Assembly: GCA_025937235.1 (NCBI GenBank)
Contig: JAICRU010000004.1
Coordinates: 777 to 64,776 of the forward strand
Direction of reading: 5' to 3'
DNA from: Acidimicrobiia bacterium
GTDB taxonomy: Bacteria > Actinomycetota > Acidimicrobiia > Spongiisociales > ZC4RG35
Length of the DNA: 64,000 bases
The translations under genes were made by a program, and so were the position numbers. Under the pieces are notes generated by a model, which ran no database searches, was not told the DNA's origin, and saw nothing but the letters and a program-made list of their open reading frames with translations. Below are positions 56,188-64,000 of the stretch, piece after piece. Within the stretch, counting starts at the first letter, position 1. Each line of letters opens with the position of its first letter.

Positions 56188-56658
56188 GACTGTCAGCGTA
56201 CAGTTCGGTTCCCCGATGGTCAGCCATAACCTGCCATTTCCTCTTGTTCAGGGTTGAGCGAGGCTCTAGATTTGCCTTGGCTGGAAGGCAGACAATGGGC
56301 AGTGTGGGGCAGCCGAGGTCTTTGAGCCCGTCTGTCCGGGCTATGGCGGGCGAAGTCAGGGGCCTTTGACATGTGAAAAGGTTCCCCGTCAGGTTTCTTG
56401 CCGGGGAAAAAGAGGTGAGACCGGCGTCAGACGTCGGCCTTGGTACTGGACGCCCATCGATCCAAAGAGCGGAGCGGATCGTCAACACCGGCACACAACG
56501 TCGGTGGAATAACGGCACCAAACAGGTGAGCGCCCATGATGAAGGCATATCTGGCCCGTAATCTCCACTGTGTCGCGAGCCTGGAGTCAGTGCTCGCCGG
56601 CACCCGGATCGGCTGATGGACGGCGCCGGCTCACCAAAGACGGTCACGAACATGTCAG

Positions 56659-58062
56659 TTGAAGGGGCTCATGAGGCTAGGTAGGACAAGACCGTTGCGG
56701 GGATGGTTCGGACGGCTCCGGCCCACCGTGCAGCGCAGGCTGCGCATCGCTGTGCCTTACTCGCTGATGGGCGTGCTCGCCCTGATCGGTTCCTTCGTCG
56801 TGTCCGACATGCCCAACTGGCTCTACTGGTTCCCCTTCGCAGTCCTCTTCGTACTTCTCGAGTTCTTCGCCGTCGAGGTCAACGACCGGATGCTGCAGTC
56901 CTCATCGGTGATGGTCGCGATGAGCGCCGGGGTCATCATGGCGATGAGCCCCAACTCCGACGCCATGTTCGGGCTTGCCCTGATGGGTGCCCTGGCCCTG
57001 TTCACGCCGCTCGATTTCAAGGAGAAACGCTGGTTCCAGCCGGTGGCGAACTTTGGGCAGATCGTCACCGCCTGCGCGGTGTCGGGGTGGATCCTAGATC
57101 TGAACCTCGACGGCGCCCGGATCACGGCCGGATCCCTCATACACGTCCTGTGGGTGTCGGCGCTGGCCGCCCTGGCCTACACCACGGTGCAGACGGTCCT
57201 GGTCCGTCATGCCGTCAAGGTCGTCTTTGGACGGGACAATCTCGAGCCCTGGTCACAGATGCCGATCCTGTTCGGGGGACAGGTTGCGATGGGGCTGGTG
57301 GGTGGTCTCATCGGCGCCGCCTTCCTCATCGCCGGGGGCCAGGCGATCATCGTCTTCATCGTCGGCGTGTATGCCATCGGTCACATGTCGCTGTACGCCT
57401 TCGCCCAGCTCCGCGAGTCACACATCGGCTCGATCCGGGGGTTCGTCAAGACCCTCGAGGCCAAGGACATGTACACCCGCGGCCACACCGAGCGTGTCGC
57501 CTTCTTCGCCCAGCTGATCGGCGAGGAGATGCGTTTCAACGGCACCCAACTGGAGACCCTGCGCTGGTCGGCGTTGATCCACGATCTGGGCAAGCTGGCG
57601 GTCCCGACCGAGCTGATCCGGAAGCGGGGACGGCTCGACGAGGACGAGTACGCCGAGATGAAGGCCCATGCCCAGTTGGTGGAAGAGATTCTGGCCGAGG
57701 TGGACTTCCTCCAGCCAATGGTGGAGATCGCCTCGGGGCACCACAGCAACTTCGACGGAAGCGGGTACGGGGGGAGCGGGCACAGTCACGGTGATGCACC
57801 CAAGCTGGAGGCCTGCATCGTGGCGGTGGCAGATGCCTTCGACGCCATGACCTCGGCCCGGTCCTACCGGATGGCGCTCTCACAGCAATATGCGATCTCA
57901 GAGCTGAGGAGGAACGCGGGCGGACAGTTCCACCCCGACGTGGTGGACGCCTTCGAGAAGGCCTTGGACAAGACCGGACGTCGTTGGGGCGCACCACATG
58001 TGAACGACGAGGAGATGGCCCGTCGTCTCGCAGAGGAGCCGGAGCTGACCCTCCGTGGCTAG
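56659..58062 (+). CDS. polytopic membrane protein with C-terminal HD-GYP-type phosphohydrolase domain (variant GYG)
   Basis: About 7 TM N-terminal half. KDMYTRGHTERVA, LIHDLGKLAVP, GHHSNFDGSGYGG and VADAFDAMTSARSYR. Start TTG 56659 or ATG 56671. Confidence 0.85.
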   Translation: MKGLMRLGRTRPLRGWFGRLRPTVQRRLRIAVPYSLMGVLALIGSFVVSDMPNWLYWFPFAVLFVLLEFFAVEVNDRMLQSSSVMVAMSAGVIMAMSPNSDAMFGLALMGALALFTPLDFKEKRWFQPVANFGQIVTACAVSGWILDLNLDGARITAGSLIHVLWVSALAALAYTTVQTVLVRHAVKVVFGRDNLEPWSQMPILFGGQVAMGLVGGLIGAAFLIAGGQAIIVFIVGVYAIGHMSLYAFAQLRESHIGSIRGFVKTLEAKDMYTRGHTERVAFFAQLIGEEMRFNGTQLETLRWSALIHDLGKLAVPTELIRKRGRLDEDEYAEMKAHAQLVEEILAEVDFLQPMVEIASGHHSNFDGSGYGGSGHSHGDAPKLEACIVAVADAFDAMTSARSYRMALSQQYAISELRRNAGGQFHPDVVDAFEKALDKTGRRWGAPHVNDEEMARRLAEEPELTLRG

Positions 58063-59299
58063 CTGGAGCCCACGCGCCCTGGCGATCATTTCCTGGTCTT
58101 ATGTCGTCGTCATCGCCGGCATCGGTCTCTTCGCGGCGACTCTGGCGTTGGTCGACCCGGTCACGATCCTGGTGGCCGTAACCGCTCTGGTGCTGGCCTC
58201 GATGGTGAGCGTGCCCGTCTCGAACTCGGGCAATCGCTTCACCGTCGGCCTCGCCGTCGCCGCTGCCGTCCCCATGGTCCTCGGCCCGACCGACGTAGTG
58301 GATCTCCCCGGCTGCATCGCGGTCTATGGCCTGGGTCTGGCCGTGGTCTGGGCGCTTCGCTACTCACGCGGCGAGAAGCACAGCGACCTATTGCCCACCC
58401 TGGTGCGCAAGTTCGCCGGATACGTCACATATGCCGCGGTCTACGGCGCTCTCCGGACCGGGCCGTTCACCGACCTGAGCGGTGGATGGGCGGACCTGGT
58501 CCCCTTCGGTGTGGCGCTGCTGGCGTGGATGGCGGTCGAGGTCTTCCTCAGGGCGATGCTGGTCGTGGGCAAGCGCGAGCTCTCCCGTAGCTATCTGGCC
58601 CGTTCGCTCATCCACGATCTCAACGTCTTCCTCGGCCTCGCGTTGACCGGCGGCCTGTTCGGAGAGTTGTGGCCCGAGATACGTTGGTGGGCCCTTCCCA
58701 TCGCCGCCCTGCCCTATTCGTTCGCCCATCTCGCCTTCCTGCGCTTCCAGGAGACGAAGGTCACCTATAAACAGACCATCCGGGCCCTGGCCCGGATCCC
58801 GGAGGTGTCGGGACTGGGGGTGGACGGCCACGCCGACCGCACCACTGATCTGGCGGCGACCATCGCCAAGGAGATCGGGCTCGGGCCGGTTGAAGTCGAA
58901 GACGTGGAGTACGCCGGGCTGATGCACGACATCGGGAGGGTCAGCCTGAACGAGCCTCAGATCGTCCTTCACGGGTACACCAACGACGACATCGCACGGT
59001 GGAGCTCGGAGATCATCGCCGAGTCGCCCTACTTGAGCCGCGTCGCCACCCATGTCCGGCACCAGTACGAGCCGTATCGGAAGCCTGGCGAGCAGTCGGA
59101 TCCCGAGGTGTCGGACGTCTCCCGGATCGTCAAGGTCGCCGCCGCATATGACTGGCAGGTGCATCTCGAGGGATTGTCTCCGCTTCAGGCGTTGGAGGTG
59201 CTCCACGGTGGCGCCGCCTACGACTTCGACCCCGACGTAGTTGCCTCATTGCGGAGGATCCTGGAGAGTCGGGGCGTCCTCACCCCGGCGCGCGCCTGA
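58055..59299 (+). CDS. polytopic membrane protein with degenerate HD-domain (HD-GYP paralogue lacking the GYP loop)
   Basis: TM-rich N-half. HADRTTDLAATIAKEIGL, GLMHDIGRVSL and KVAAAYD. The 5' end overlaps the upstream gene by 8 nt. Confidence 0.75.
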   Translation: MASWSPRALAIISWSYVVVIAGIGLFAATLALVDPVTILVAVTALVLASMVSVPVSNSGNRFTVGLAVAAAVPMVLGPTDVVDLPGCIAVYGLGLAVVWALRYSRGEKHSDLLPTLVRKFAGYVTYAAVYGALRTGPFTDLSGGWADLVPFGVALLAWMAVEVFLRAMLVVGKRELSRSYLARSLIHDLNVFLGLALTGGLFGELWPEIRWWALPIAALPYSFAHLAFLRFQETKVTYKQTIRALARIPEVSGLGVDGHADRTTDLAATIAKEIGLGPVEVEDVEYAGLMHDIGRVSLNEPQIVLHGYTNDDIARWSSEIIAESPYLSRVATHVRHQYEPYRKPGEQSDPEVSDVSRIVKVAAAYDWQVHLEGLSPLQALEVLHGGAAYDFDPDVVASLRRILESRGVLTPARA

Positions 59300-59302
59300 C
59301 CG

Positions 59303-59893
59303 CTAGGTCTTGCTCGCGGATCCGGGCTGGGCGTGGGCGCCCCGTCTGAAATAGCGGCGAGGCCGTCGCAACTCGAACTCCAGGAACCGCCCGAGCCCGA
59401 CGGCGAGAAAGACGTCACCCAGGCTGATCACCTGGCCGATCCCCCCTATCCGGAGAGGGATGACGTCGGCGAGGGCCGTCAGATGCGAGCTCGAGTCGAG
59501 CCGAACGTGTTTGTAGGTGCCGGACAGGTCGGGCACCGAGATGGTGAACCCGCTGGCCACCTCGGCTGCCTCGGCCAGGACGGGCATACCTCCGTTGATC
59601 GCGATCACGGTGAAGTTCATGAGCACCCCCAACCCGGCCAGCCACATCCCCGGGCTCCTGCGATTGAGCAGGACCAATGCCATGAGCAACGCATAGGAGG
59701 TGAGCACCATGGCCAGCCCGAGACCCTCCGCCCAACTGGTGTCGGGCAGCCAGGCAGTCGCCCCCTGCAGCCCCAACGCAACGAGCAGGAGCCACCAGTA
59801 GCGAAGCTCGATGTCGCCCAGGTTGGTGAGACGGCCCCCGCGCAGAACCGCCATGGCCAGGGCGATGAACAGGATGATGGCCAGCCATAGCAT
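59303..59893 (-). CDS. membrane protein, DUF5317-like
   Basis: MLWLAIILFIALAMAVLRGGRL...ELRYWWLLLVALGLQ pattern with 5 to 6 TM helices. The family name is from memory. Confidence 0.55.
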   Translation of the reverse strand: MLWLAIILFIALAMAVLRGGRLTNLGDIELRYWWLLLVALGLQGATAWLPDTSWAEGLGLAMVLTSYALLMALVLLNRRSPGMWLAGLGVLMNFTVIAINGGMPVLAEAAEVASGFTISVPDLSGTYKHVRLDSSSHLTALADVIPLRIGGIGQVISLGDVFLAVGLGRFLEFELRRPRRYFRRGAHAQPGSASKT

Positions 59894-59921
59894 GTGCTTC
59901 GACGGTAATACCTGGTGTCAA

Positions 59922-60698
59922 ATGAGACGAGGGGGAGGCTTGGTCGAATACGAAGTGAACGGGGGTCGGGCCACCATTACCATCTCCGAACCGGAGCGGC
60001 GCAACCCGATATCGGTGGCGACGATGGAGGGCCTGGTCGGGGCGACCAGGATGGGCCTCGATGATCGAACGGTGCGTGTCCTGGTGTACACGGGGGCAGG
60101 GGACGTGTTCTCCGCGGGCGGCGACCTGTCCGGCTCGTTCGTCGACGACCCGGTGGGCCTCCACCGGGCGAGAGGGGTCTTTGCGGATCTCTTCCGTCTG
60201 ATGCTTCGTGGCGGCAAGCCCACCGTGGCGCGGGTGAACGGCCATGCCCTCGCCGGTGGGTTCGGCCTCGCCGTCGCCTGCGACGTCACCATATGCGTCG
60301 ACGACGCCAAGCTCGGCACCACCGAGATCGCGGTCGGGCTGTGGCCGATGATGATCTCGGCCCTACTGGTCAGGGTCATGCCGAGGAAGGCGGCACTCGA
60401 GCTGATGCTCACCGGGCGGGTGATCGACCCGGTCGAGGCACAACGCCTCGGGGCGGTCTCCCGAGTGGTTTCGAGGGCCGAGCTAGACCGGGCCGTCGAC
60501 GAGACGGTGACGGCGCTCCAGTCGAGGAGCGCGGCCACCCTGATGATCGGGCGCGACTCGTACCACGGTATGGCCGATCTAGACTTCGACGCTGCGCTCG
60601 ACAGGCTGCAGACTGGTTTGACCTCTATCGCTATGAGCGAAGACGCCGCCGAGGGCATCGCCGCCTTCTCCGAGAAGAGGGAGCCGAGGTGGCGATAG
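59922..60698 (+). CDS. enoyl-CoA hydratase/isomerase (crotonase) family protein
   Basis: ATITISEPERRNP, GAGDVFSAGGDL, VNGHALAGGFGLAVACD and the C-terminal EGIAAFSEKREPRW. Confidence 0.88.
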   Translation: MRRGGGLVEYEVNGGRATITISEPERRNPISVATMEGLVGATRMGLDDRTVRVLVYTGAGDVFSAGGDLSGSFVDDPVGLHRARGVFADLFRLMLRGGKPTVARVNGHALAGGFGLAVACDVTICVDDAKLGTTEIAVGLWPMMISALLVRVMPRKAALELMLTGRVIDPVEAQRLGAVSRVVSRAELDRAVDETVTALQSRSAATLMIGRDSYHGMADLDFDAALDRLQTGLTSIAMSEDAAEGIAAFSEKREPRWR

Positions 60699-61423
60699 GG
60701 CGGACAGACCTAGCCAGGCCGCCCGGGGCGGGCAACCGGGGCAGACGGGCCGCGCAGATCCTCGGTTGGACACTCGTTTGGACCGGCATCTTCATGTTCG
60801 GGTACGCCGGCTGGCTGCTCTTCGGCACCGACCTGGTCAACGCACGTGTCCAGGACGAGGCGGTGAGCCATCTCGAGACCCGATTCGACGAGGCGGCCCA
60901 ATTGCCGCCCGAGGTCGAAGAGGTCGTGGTCGAGGACGAGGTGGTCGTCGAGCGCGTCCTGGAAGACGTCCCGGCCGAAGACACCGGGTTCGCCATGCTG
61001 CGGGTGCCGAAAGTGGGCTTGGAGGCTGTCGTGTTCGAGGGTGTGGCCACCGAGACTCTGGCAAAGGGCCCGGGCCACATGCCGGGCACCCCGTTGCCCG
61101 GCCAGCCGGGGAACTCGGTCATCTCGGGGCACAGGACCACCCATGGGCGCCCATTCCACGATTTCGACCTGCTCGTGCCCGGTGACCTGGTCGAAGTCGA
61201 CACCGGCATCGGGACACATGTCTACGAGGTGCGCGACTCATTCATCGTGGCCCCTTCCGACGTGTGGGTCACCGATCACAGGGATGGGGGCTGGCTGACC
61301 CTGACCACATGCAACCCGAAGTACTCGGCGAGGGAGCGTCTGATCATCACCGCCGAGCTGGTGTCCGGGCCCAATGCCGAGTACGTCGCCACCATTGGCG
61401 ACGGGCCACTGCCCGTCGCCTAG
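60689..61423 (+). CDS. srtE: class E sortase
   Basis: N-terminal TM anchor. ISGHRTTHGRPF and LTLTTCNPKYSARERLI (TLxTC). GTG at 60689 overlaps the crotonase 3' end. Confidence 0.85.
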   Translation: MAIGRTDLARPPGAGNRGRRAAQILGWTLVWTGIFMFGYAGWLLFGTDLVNARVQDEAVSHLETRFDEAAQLPPEVEEVVVEDEVVVERVLEDVPAEDTGFAMLRVPKVGLEAVVFEGVATETLAKGPGHMPGTPLPGQPGNSVISGHRTTHGRPFHDFDLLVPGDLVEVDTGIGTHVYEVRDSFIVAPSDVWVTDHRDGGWLTLTTCNPKYSARERLIITAELVSGPNAEYVATIGDGPLPVA

Positions 61424-61896
61424 GTGATTTCCTCGAGCATCTCGGTGGTGAGGATGCCGTTGTACACCCTGGTCACGACTCCTGCCTCATCGAGGAAGTA
61501 GGTGACCGGCAGGCCGAAGTTGGGGTAGGCCTCGTCGAAGGCGGGGGTAGCGAAGGCGAGCGGGTAGACCGGGCCTATCTCCTCCCCGAATGCAGTGGCG
61601 TCGGCGAGGGAATCCTCGACGGCTACCCCGAGTACGGCAATCCCCGGGTTGGCCTCGGCGAAGGCCGATAAGTCGGGCATCTCCTCCCGACAAGGCACGC
61701 ACCACGAGGCCCACAGGTTGAGGATCAACGGCCGGCCATCGTTTGCGAGATGCTCGGATAGCCGAAAGGTGCCCTCGTCGAGGAGGTCGACCGTGAAGTC
61801 GGGGGCCGGCTCGCCGACTTCGGCCACGTCGCCGTCCTCGGTGCCATCGATCGCCCAGGCGATGGCCAGCCCGATGACCAGGACCCCGGCGAACAC
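61420..61896 (-). CDS. TlpA/ResA-like thiol:disulfide oxidoreductase
   Basis: LILNLWASWCVPCREEMP thioredoxin motif. The membrane anchor begins at or before the annotated GTG (see findings). Confidence 0.82.
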   Translation of the reverse strand: MFAGVLVIGLAIAWAIDGTEDGDVAEVGEPAPDFTVDLLDEGTFRLSEHLANDGRPLILNLWASWCVPCREEMPDLSAFAEANPGIAVLGVAVEDSLADATAFGEEIGPVYPLAFATPAFDEAYPNFGLPVTYFLDEAGVVTRVYNGILTTEMLEEIT

Positions 61897-61942
61897 CCCG
61901 GTGAGCAGGAATCCCCGCTTGGGCAGCGGCCCGGCCGGGTCC

Positions 61943-64000
61943 TCAGGCAGCTGCCATCCTCCTCAACACGTAGTGGAGAATGCCACCGTTTCGCAGGTAC
62001 TCGATCTCGATCGGGGTGTCGACTCTGGCGATGGCCTCGAACATCCTGGTCGACCCGTCGCCTCTGGTGACGGTGACCGACACCCGCTGCCGGGGCTGCA
62101 GGTTGTCATCAACGGCGATATCGAATGTCTCGGTCCCGTCCAGACCCAGCGTCACGGCGTCCTGACCCGCGACGAAGGTGAGTGGGAGCACTCCCATCAT
62201 CACCAGGTTCGATCGATGGATCCGCTCGAAGGACTTGGCGATCACAGCACGGACTCCGAGCAGGAAGGTGCCCTTTGCCGCCCAGTCCCGTGACGACCCC
62301 ATCCCGTAATCGCTCCCGGCGAGTACCACCAGCGGTACACCGGCCTCCTGGTAGTGCATGGCGGCGTCGTAGACCGACTTCACCCCGCCGTCGAGGAAGT
62401 CGGTGGTCCATCCCCCCTCGGTGCCCGGCGCGAGCTCGTTCCGCACCCGGATGTTGGCGAACGTGCCTCGGGTCATCACACGGTCGTTGCCCCGACGCGA
62501 CCCGTAGGAGTTGAACATCGCCGGCTGGATGCCTTCTGCGATCAGGTATTGCCCGGCCGGGCTGACCGGGGCGATGGTGCCGGCGGGGCTGATGTGGTCG
62601 GTGGTGACCGAGTCGCCCAGTTTGGCCAGTACCCGGGCCCCGACCACCGGGGCGATGGGCGCCACCGCCGATCCCAGCCCGGCGAAGAAGGGCGGCTCCT
62701 GGATGTAGGTCGAGGCCTGATCCCAGTGGTAGAGGTCGGATTCGGGCGTGGTGATGGCGCGCCACTCGTCGGACCCGGTGAAGACCTCGGAGTATCTCGA
62801 TATGAACTGTGCCTGGTTGACGTGGGACTCGACCAGACGGGCCACCTCTTTCTGTTCCGGCCAGATGTCTCGCAAGAAGACATCGTCGCCATCACGGCCC
62901 GTCCCGATCGGCTCGTTTATCGGGTCCCAGTCGACGGTCCCGGCCAGGGCGTAGGCGACCACCAGGGGAGGCGAGGCCAGGTAGTTGGCCCTGGCGTCCG
63001 GTGAGATCCGGCCCTCGAAGTTGCGGTTGCCGGAGAGCACCGACACGGCCACCAGCCCACGTTCGTTGACCGCCTTGGAGATCGGTTCGGGGAGTGGCCC
63101 CGAGTTGCCGATGCACGTGGTGCAGCCATATCCGACGATGTGAAAGCCGAGGGACTCGAGATCCTCGAGCAGGCCGGATGCGGTGAGGTATTCGGTGACC
63201 ACCTTCGATCCGGGCGCCAGCGAGGACTTCACCCACGGCTTGCGCTCCAGCCCCAGCTCGCGGGCCCGACGAGCGACCAGCCCCGCCCCGATCATGACGT
63301 CGGGGTTGGAGGTATTGGTGCAGGAAGTGATGGCGGCGATGACCACGTCGCCATCGGTCAGCAGGAACCGCTCCCCGTCCACCTCGACCTCGACTCCGGT
63401 CTTTGCCTTCAGGGTGCCGGCCTCCACCGGCCTCCCACCTTCGTCCTCCCAACTCACCACGGTGGATGCGGACGATCCTCCGTTCTTGCCAAACAGATTG
63501 GTCAGGTCGGAGCGCCACTGAGTCGCCATCGCCGAGAGGGCGATGCGGTCCTGGGGACGACGGGGGCCGGCCAGCGAAGGCTCCACAGTCGACATGTCCA
63601 GTTCCAGCGAGGACGAATATGTGATCTCTCTGGCATCGTCCCTCCACAGGCCCTGGGCCTTGCAGTACTGCTCGACGGTGTCGATCAGCTTCCCGTCACG
63701 ACCGGTGAGGCGGAGATAGGACAGTGTCTGCTCGTCGATCGGGAAGTAGCCGACGGTGGCGCCGTACTCCGGTGCCATGTTGGCGATGGTGGCCCGGTTG
63801 GCGACCGGCATGTCGGTCAGGCCGGGCCCGTGGAACTCGACGAACTTGTCCACCACGCCGTGCTCGCGGAGCATCTCGGTGACGCGGAGCACCAGGTCGG
63901 TCGCGGTTGCACCCTCGCTGAGACGGCCGGTCAGCCGGAACCCGACCACTTCCGGGAGGAGCATGTAGATGGGCTGGCCCACCATGGCTGCCTCGGCCTC
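61943..64000 (-). CDS. acnA: aconitate hydratase A, C-terminal about 685 aa (N-terminus outside window)
   Basis: [31 protein letters not shown] and the swivel domain SSRDWAAKG. The frame is open to the window edge. Confidence 0.93.
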   Translation of the reverse strand, partial: EAEAAMVGQPIYMLLPEVVGFRLTGRLSEGATATDLVLRVTEMLREHGVVDKFVEFHGPGLTDMPVANRATIANMAPEYGATVGYFPIDEQTLSYLRLTGRDGKLIDTVEQYCKAQGLWRDDAREITYSSSLELDMSTVEPSLAGPRRPQDRIALSAMATQWRSDLTNLFGKNGGSSASTVVSWEDEGGRPVEAGTLKAKTGVEVEVDGERFLLTDGDVVIAAITSCTNTSNPDVMIGAGLVARRARELGLERKPWVKSSLAPGSKVVTEYLTASGLLEDLESLGFHIVGYGCTTCIGNSGPLPEPISKAVNERGLVAVSVLSGNRNFEGRISPDARANYLASPPLVVAYALAGTVDWDPINEPIGTGRDGDDVFLRDIWPEQKEVARLVESHVNQAQFISRYSEVFTGSDEWRAITTPESDLYHWDQASTYIQEPPFFAGLGSAVAPIAPVVGARVLAKLGDSVTTDHISPAGTIAPVSPAGQYLIAEGIQPAMFNSYGSRRGNDRVMTRGTFANIRVRNELAPGTEGGWTTDFLDGGVKSVYDAAMHYQEAGVPLVVLAGSDYGMGSSRDWAAKGTFLLGVRAVIAKSFERIHRSNLVMMGVLPLTFVAGQDAVTLGLDGTETFDIAVDDNLQPRQRVSVTVTRGDGSTRMFEAIARVDTPIEIEYLRNGGILHYVLRRMAAA

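Noticed and set aside
56200-56250. Fluoride (crcB) riboswitch-like string CCGATGGTCAGCCATAACCTGCC
   Set aside because: The resemblance to GGCGAUGG...UAACCGCC is only partial. The required downstream GCUGAUGA..CCU segment is absent nearby, and no fluoride-related gene follows.
1-64000. CRISPR arrays, transposases, integrases, prophage or plasmid genes, rRNA operons
   Set aside because: Reading both strands, I saw no regularly spaced short repeats and no recombinase, transposase or phage-structural translations in the ORF track. The tRNA-Glu is not followed by an integrase. The only repeats are the 35-nt sufB-end duplication and intragenic LysM/META module repeats.

Overview
GC-rich window (third codon positions mostly G/C) that reads as core chromosome of an Actinomycetota-like organism, possibly Acidimicrobiia-like; the taxon is inference. 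I support about 65 protein-coding genes, one tRNA-Glu and one cobalamin riboswitch, plus a few operator or terminator-like sites. I found no rRNA, CRISPR array, transposase, integrase or prophage signature. Recognisable content: gltX with tRNA-Glu; menA/menB/menE (menaquinone); murA, SpoIID, two M23 peptidases and a class E sortase (cell envelope); ppdK, acnA, ilvE and rpiB (central metabolism); ino1, an orphan sufB and an Nfu domain protein; F420-related genes (cofC/fbiD and an F420-type LLM oxidoreductase); an OmpR/HisKA/HtrA module; and a B12-riboswitch-controlled btuFCD-cobO operon. Genes are tightly packed, and many junctions are 4-nt NTGA stop/start overlaps. Nothing here is an unambiguous new system. 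The best candidates for follow-up are: (1) the operon coupling cofC to a MOFRL glycerate-2-kinase homologue and an SDR; (2) a co-directional HTH / Clp_N / nucleotide cyclase-STAND-TPR trio with a palindromic operator; (3) two tandem degenerate membrane HD-GYP paralogues with a DUF5317-like membrane protein, next to an unusually long 471-bp non-coding region and an uncharacterised two-domain protein coupled to ggt; (4) several genes whose conserved N-termini lie upstream of any canonical start codon, implying ATT/CTG initiation; (5) an orphan sufB with a 35-nt direct repeat across its stop codon; (6) a three-hairpin leader upstream of an M23 peptidase. All family assignments come from reading the translations by eye and need HMM/BLAST confirmation.
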